Shown in pieces: positions 36,505 to 64,000 of a stretch of 64,000 nucleotides of DNA (its first letter is position 1; every line of letters starts with the position of its first letter). The stretch covers positions 25,478,345 to 25,542,344 of the forward strand of contig NC_134028.1 in assembly GCF_964204645.1 (NCBI RefSeq), given 5' to 3'. Under the pieces are notes generated by a model that searched no databases, was not told the origin of the DNA, and saw nothing but the letters and a program-made list of their open reading frames with translations. The DNA comes from Tubulanus polymorphus. Taxonomy: Eukaryota > Animalia > Nemertea. Made by a program: the position numbers and the translations under genes.

Positions 36505-39500
36505 TTATGCTGGTAAACTTAGCTTCTTGCCTTTCAGAACTGAAACGAAAAAAAAAAACAACAAATATTATAGCTTCCAATTACAACTACACTGTAGTGG
36601 CGGGGGGGGGGGCTGATAATAGTCTTAGTTCAGTATTATCCAGTCTAGACTACCTGATATCTCAAATTGCAGTAATTTTCACAAAAAATCTGCGTAATTT
36701 GCATCAAGGGACACAACCATGCAAATGTAGTCAAAACTCTGGTCAGTAAAAATGAACTCACTGATAACTCGTTACGGATGATTGTAGTATATTTACCTTT
36801 AGTTATATACAAATAGAAGAAATCGCAGTAGAGAATCGTCTGAACGCAGCCGGCTACGATCGCTATCAGGTCGAAGAATCCCTCGAAATAATATCGATAA
36901 ACCCAGTTCAAAATGTAGAGGGCTCGATAGGAGCCGAGCGCGAACAGGTAGTGACTGGTGATCGTTTCAGCTTCGCCGGTTTTACTGACCATAAACAACT
37001 GCGGTAAAATAGCCACCGATTCCAGATAGATCGAAAACGTCCACAGAATCTGAAACACAGCGTAAACATCACGATTAATACAATCCAATTTGCAATTGAA
37101 TGTGGCAATTGCCGATCCACCAGGTGGCGAAAGTGTGCATAAGGAACAAAATATTTTGCCGAAGTCCTGCATGATCATAATTTTGTACATAATTTAAATC
37201 TGTAAATTTTGTATTGTCCCTCTAATACTACCCTCGAGCCCATTACAGACCTGTAAATAAATGAATCAATTCACAATGAATCACAAAATCAAACTTTCTT
37301 TTGACACATGAGCCCGAACCAAGTCCGATTTAGAGATAGTCTGTACAACTACAAACTACACAAACATCTTTAATTCTGCTTAGATCGAAAGGAGTTTCAA
37401 ACACATGTAAAAGCATTTTCTGCTTTGAAGGAGTTTTTAAGGAGGAAACACAAGGAGTCGTAGGGACCCTGCCGAATAGCTGGTTGCATCATTAGCTTTA
37501 CCTCAAGTGGACTGAAATCATGGTTCACCAGCAGAGCTAAACCGGCGACTGGAACAACGAGGAATTCTACGCGGAAGGTATCGTGATTGCTGTCGTACGT
37601 CGCCTTGAACTTGGAATAGATCATAAACACGGTGGCCAGCGAACAGGCGATGAACACGCATTTCATGGACGTATTGTAAACCGACACAAAACTAGTGATC
37701 AGATCCAAATATCGCGTCAGGAAAACCATCGCGAACATGATCTGCGACTTTCCGGAGATACCTGAAATAATTCGAGCAAATCGATCAATAAATTACCAAA
37801 ACAAAATAGACTTGAACTCGCTTTTAAAGTTGTTATGGCTGGGAGACGGATGATCATTATGAAGACGACTTTAATACCCCCTATCGAAATGACGACTTAA
37901 CGTTCAGTTTACTGAATCAGAAGAACAAATTAGGACTTCAAAATATCGAGGACCGACTTTAAAAGTAATGTCATCATTAATCCGCTGATAATGGAATTAA
38001 CTGAATTTGACATCTTTTGAATTACAGGTAAACAAAGAACTCAGTTACGCAGTCAAGACATCGGATTTGAGGCTGTTTTGTTTCTGTATGAATATATGAT
38101 ATAAGATTTCAGACCGTTTTTGGAATATGACATCCGTGGATTGGAAAAAATAAACATTCAGATTAATTTCTTCATAATGATTGAATCAATGATATCAATT
38201 ATACGAAGAGTACATTAAGTAGCAGCGTCTGTAACACATGTAGGTCAATCAATAGGACGACACTCGGTAGAGATGCTGGTACTGTCAATAGACTGAATTA
38301 TCATATTCAATAAATATCGCATTATGAGGGACACGACTAATAAAATATTGTATTTAGACTCGCCGTTTTAATTGATAAATAGACGGTTGTAACATCTTGA
38401 GGAACCTGACAAAAACCGGAGCATGTGTCACACGTGGAAGTATGTACGTGGCTCTAAATGAATACCAGCTGCTAACACTAACTAACCATCTATCTATAGT
38501 CAACTACCGGTACCTGTGATCAGATACATACACTCTCATTCATAATCAATAGAATACTGGGCATAAAAATCTAATATTATAGAGGAGTGAATACGCAATT
38601 CGATACTAAATGAACCGGGCCCGATTTCAAAGACTAGTATCAAAGTTCCCCCCCTCCGGGTAAATCGTAAATGTGGGTCCAATTTCATAGACTTCAGGGT
38701 CCGATCTAAGCACTTGTCCGATTGCACGGGACAAGTATATTCTCATCAGGGCAACCTTTCTCTGAATGCAGCCCCTTTCAAATTCGAGAGCGTGTAGAAC
38801 ACTGATATAAAGTAATGACAAACCCTTGTAGGGCCTATTAAATTCTGATACATTTTTTGCTTCCAAATCTATGAAACTCAGCTATAGTCATAAATTGAGT
38901 AAAGAAGAGCTTTAGAACTACAACTAAGACTAGCTTAAAGGCCTAGCCCAACATAAATTTTTCGGTTTGTCGGTCTGAACGACAGGACAAATTTTCCAGT
39001 CCTGGTGTCTTGATGGATAAAGGGTGTTTCACCCTGACAGGTTCAAACCCATGCGTTCCAACTTCAGGTTTGCACAATCAGCTTTTGAATAAATTACTGC
39101 GTTACTCTCAGTCTTGGTTTGGCACAAATAACGCAAACTCGACACATTGGTGCAGGAAAGAGATGATGATCACACAGACATAGAACAACAAGAATTCAGA
39201 GAAAATAAGGGCATAACTAATATGACTGACTTCAATACTTAATTAAAAGCAAGATTATAGTAATCTTGGTTTATTTGAGACTTCGAGAGTAAGCTTTAAA
39301 AGCTCAACCCAAATATTGTGTATAAGCTACTTTTAAAGGTTTTAGCTCACAAACGTGACCCTGCACTGGTCTCCCACTTCACTAATTCTTATCGTCTTTT
39401 GATTTGAACAAAATATGCCCGCTGCCAGTGGTATTGGTGCAGTTACTAGTTACTACACAAGTCCTCCGGAGTCACTCAGCTCAGAAAATTAGCAGCTTTA

Positions 39501-39794
39501 ATCACAAATATGATAGTTCAAAAACCTTCCTATCATATCACTATGCGGTCAGGACAGTAATAGCACAGTTCACCCCGAAAACAATAAACATATACACACG
39601 AAACAAGCAATAAACTATTTTATTTTGATTGAGTTGGCCGACCGGCTTCATTATTTAGTGATTTTCAGTAATTTCTGCGGTATTTGAAGTAACAGTTTCC
39701 TACCTGCGCACGAACGGGTCTTCCATATTTTGATCAACAATATTACAATAGCGAGAAGATGAGAAAGATCGCCAACGAGCCGAAAAATGTTCAT
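36505..39794 (-). CDS. KDELR: ER lumen protein-retaining receptor (KDEL receptor), 212 aa. Exons 39704-39794, 37502-37761, 36797-37049, 36505-36539
   Basis: [65 protein letters not shown] and terminal KGKKLSLPA*; 639 nt in frame. Confidence 0.97.
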
Positions 39795-39945
39795 TTTGAC
39801 GCGAGTTCTGACAGCAATACTATTCCACGTTCCAATATGGCGGCCAGTCTACGTGGCCACCCACAATTCAATGGGTATAGGCGGAAGTAAACAAACGCAC
39901 GTGGCACCGGTTGTCAAATGGAATCGTGTTGATTGACTATTTCAG

Positions 39946-40010
39946 ATGGCTCAGGGTTAGGTACCTCAACACTTTGGAAGGTTCGAATCCGACACGATCC
40001 GCACTTTTTC
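39946..40010 (+). other. Pol III-like/tRNA-derived fragment upstream of KDELR, divergent
   Basis: A-box-like TGGCTCAGGGTTAG, B-box GGTTCGAATCC and a downstream T-run; no intact cloverleaf. Confidence 0.35.
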
Positions 40011-42283
40011 CGAAAAATGAGCGCAAAACTTAAATTTTGCTTGTAAAATAGACGCCATTAAGTTCAAGGTTATGATGATGGAAGCATACGACGCACCATC
40101 GCATCCAGAGGGCCAGCTTCATAGAGTTAACTCTTAAATCGATTTATCCATTTGGATTAATTTTATGAGTTAAGCTTTTTTTCTGACTGACTGGACCCTT
40201 ACATAAAGCGGACATATTGTCAGATTCAATCACTTTCTTTCAAGAATGAAATGAAACCAAAAACAACAAAAATTTTGAACATTTTAATTACATTTTATTG
40301 TATGGCCACACATAATAAATCATCAATATCTATTGATATCATGTAAGCATTCTTTGTTTAGTACACGTAATAATCTACTATGTGATTCGGTCATCATTCT
40401 TAGTGGTTGATCACATGTGCTGTATGTTTCCTAATGAACTTCCTGAACGAATACAATTCAAAAATACTCATTAAAAGCATCACATTAATTAATCTGCCCG
40501 CCACTATTCGAATGACCAAATACACAACTACTTTAAACTATAAACCAATCAACATTACATCAATCAGTAGCTTTTTTACATTTGTGCTCGGTTAATTCAC
40601 ACAGTTATCAGAGTTTTCAGTTCTACAAAGCTGAATTATCAATATTTACCCACGACAAACATTCCAATAAAGTTATTCCTGGTGATTGCTATAATCTAGC
40701 TTCGCGAAACTGGGCATGAAAACTTTGCCGAAGACAAATCATGCTTGCATGTGAACTATAGTCTCCATATATCACAATACGTCATGTAAACACATATTAT
40801 ATATTTCAATATCTAGGGAAAACAGAATGAAGCCGGCAGGAATAATGTAATAATATAGCTACGCTTGTCACTCACACAAATCTCTACTCATTCTCGTGCA
40901 AACATCGAGCTAAGAAGCCAACAACACACATGATAATTATTATACAACCATTTTAGCGAATATCCCGTGCATATTCCTTAAAACTAATCACCCTAATTAT
41001 ATTTACAAATAATACAGTTCGGCAATCCGTTCCTAAACTCGTTACAGAGAAAACTTTTACTTTTTTAACATAGTCTATTTCCCTGTGATGAACAATTACA
41101 AATATTTCTACTAAGTATTTGCCTAGCCACAGCGAGTAAGGTCGAGTCTACATTGTATTACGGTTACAATACATAAATGTAAATTGTAAGCTAGTGGTAC
41201 ATCGATATACATCGGCACAATCTAATTATATATACACTAAAGGTTTTTCCGTTTTAATGGTAATTTTGATGTTACACATATATTATCTACTCGCTATAAT
41301 TCACATCATTGAGTCTATTATCATATATCATACACAATTCATATGCAAATACTTATAATGCAATATCATATATATATATATATATTTATAATATATAATT
41401 TTCTATAATATGTACATAATCTATATAGACATATTCTATACATACGTTTATTTTTAATATTTGTATTTAATATTGTCATCACAGCTAAAATGAAAACTTT
41501 GAAGAGAGACAAGGACGTCACTTCAAATTGCGTGTTTCGAAGCCTATCCATCGAATGGCTTTTAAGTTACGTATCTATTTGACTAGTATTTGTTGATATC
41601 GTAAACATTGCAAAGCCTAAGGAAGCCTTTATCATACATTATCATTCTGCATATTATCGTTATTATCATCAAGGCTTATTCATAGTTATTGCTACAAAGC
41701 TTTTAATTCTACATAGAATATGATATATAACATCAATGGTTTTTAGTGCAAGTATCGCTGATAACCGACAGTTAGTATTCACATTGAAGCTGATTGCTGG
41801 TAGTTTCGGTTTGAGAACATAACATATCACAACTTCAATTGCCACTTACTAACTAACAAAAATCTTGAAAAAAATATATATCGTCTAAACTAAACCACAA
41901 CCGAATCCCAATAGATTGCGATTTAAAATGAAGCACCAATTTACTTTGAATACTTAATAAGAAAAAAAACAAGAAAATTCCATCTTTACAATAACTAGAA
42001 ACAACACAAAAATTGCGAAAAAAAAAACCATTGATTTGATTGCCCCGGTGAAGATTTTGTTGTTTTTGGGAAGAATTTACCATTTCAGAGTGGAATCCAA
42101 GTTCGAATTAACCTAACGCTAATGTTAATGAAGACGGTATATTTACTTGTTACTTTACAATTTGAACGAATAAAGGCTTTTCATAATCGCTTCACGCAAC
42201 GAATGAAAAGTTTCTTTTCAACAGATTCTGAAACATGTTGTTTGACTAGAGTACATATTACCGAAGTAGTTACCGATATTCTA

Positions 42284-42548
42284 ACACACGCAGACAGACG
42301 TAGACACACGCAGACAGACGTAGACACACGCAGACAGACGTAGACACACGCAGACAGACGTAGACACACGCAGACAGACGTAGACACACGCAGACAGACG
42401 TAGACACACGCAGACAGACGTAGACACGCAGACAGACGTAGACACACGCAGACAGATGTAGACACACGCAGACAGACGTAGACACAGGCAGACAGACGTA
42501 GACACACGTAGACACACGTAGACACACGCAGACACACGCAGACACAGA
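42284..42548. repeat. 20-bp minisatellite (~13 copies, degenerate at right end), just downstream of the WDFY3 stop
   Basis: Unit acacacgcagacagacgtag. Confidence 0.95.
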
Positions 42549-42686
42549 TTACGAAACCCGTGCATAGAATAATCTATTAATTCTCTGAGTAGTAGTAATA
42601 TATCTATATACATTCAATATAAGATTCTATCCATCGTGAATATGAATACTATTATACGCTGGCCCCCCCTACGCATTCCAATCTCA

Positions 42687-63805
<21,119 letters not shown>

Positions 63806-64000
63806 CAACATTGTTCCCATAGTTACATGAATTCAATGTTGAACTTCCCGAGTATTTCATGGGAGATTTTCAATTTTCCCAAATGTAAATGGGGCCTTCA
63901 TAAAAATTAGCAGATAACATCGGGGATGTCAACATTTTAGAGGTGACAGTTTAAATAAAGGTGAATTTCAAGAAATATTGTTTAAGATAGTTGCCCTTAG

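Noticed and set aside
42122-42613. Cys/Val-rich ORFs ([12 protein letters not shown]...)
   Set aside because: They are translations of the 20-bp minisatellite.

Overview
Eukaryotic, AT-rich, intron-containing animal DNA with a compact invertebrate-like genome; the taxon cannot be fixed from sequence alone. I reconstructed eight spliced genes by hand from splice signals and reading-frame phase. In order they are: the 5' part of a TMC-family channel (-), head-to-head with an endonuclease IV/Apn1-family AP endonuclease (+) that has a ~640-aa repetitive N-terminus and two GC-AG introns; ATF4 (-) with a vertebrate-like uORF1/overlapping-uORF2 leader; class III ADH/ADH5 (-); HELT-like bHLH-Orange (-) surrounded by CACGTG boxes; an LRR + death-domain gene (-); KDELR (-); and the 3' part of WDFY3/Alfy (-). 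The most interesting item is that the separate LRR ORF (31995-33335) and death-domain ORF (26144-27616) join in frame through two micro-exons. The result is one ~1015-aa protein: LRR, acidic linker, MyD88/IRAK/Tube-like death domain, then a P/Q/Y-rich tail with three TRAF6-type motifs. There are kappaB-like sites at its promoter and at a candidate internal promoter, so it is a possible undescribed cytosolic innate-immune sensor-adaptor. Non-coding content includes a ~4.7-kb array of ~1-kb composite units, degenerate hammerhead-ribozyme/Penelope-like remnants, several MITE families (one nested) and minisatellites. All calls are by eye; no searches were run.
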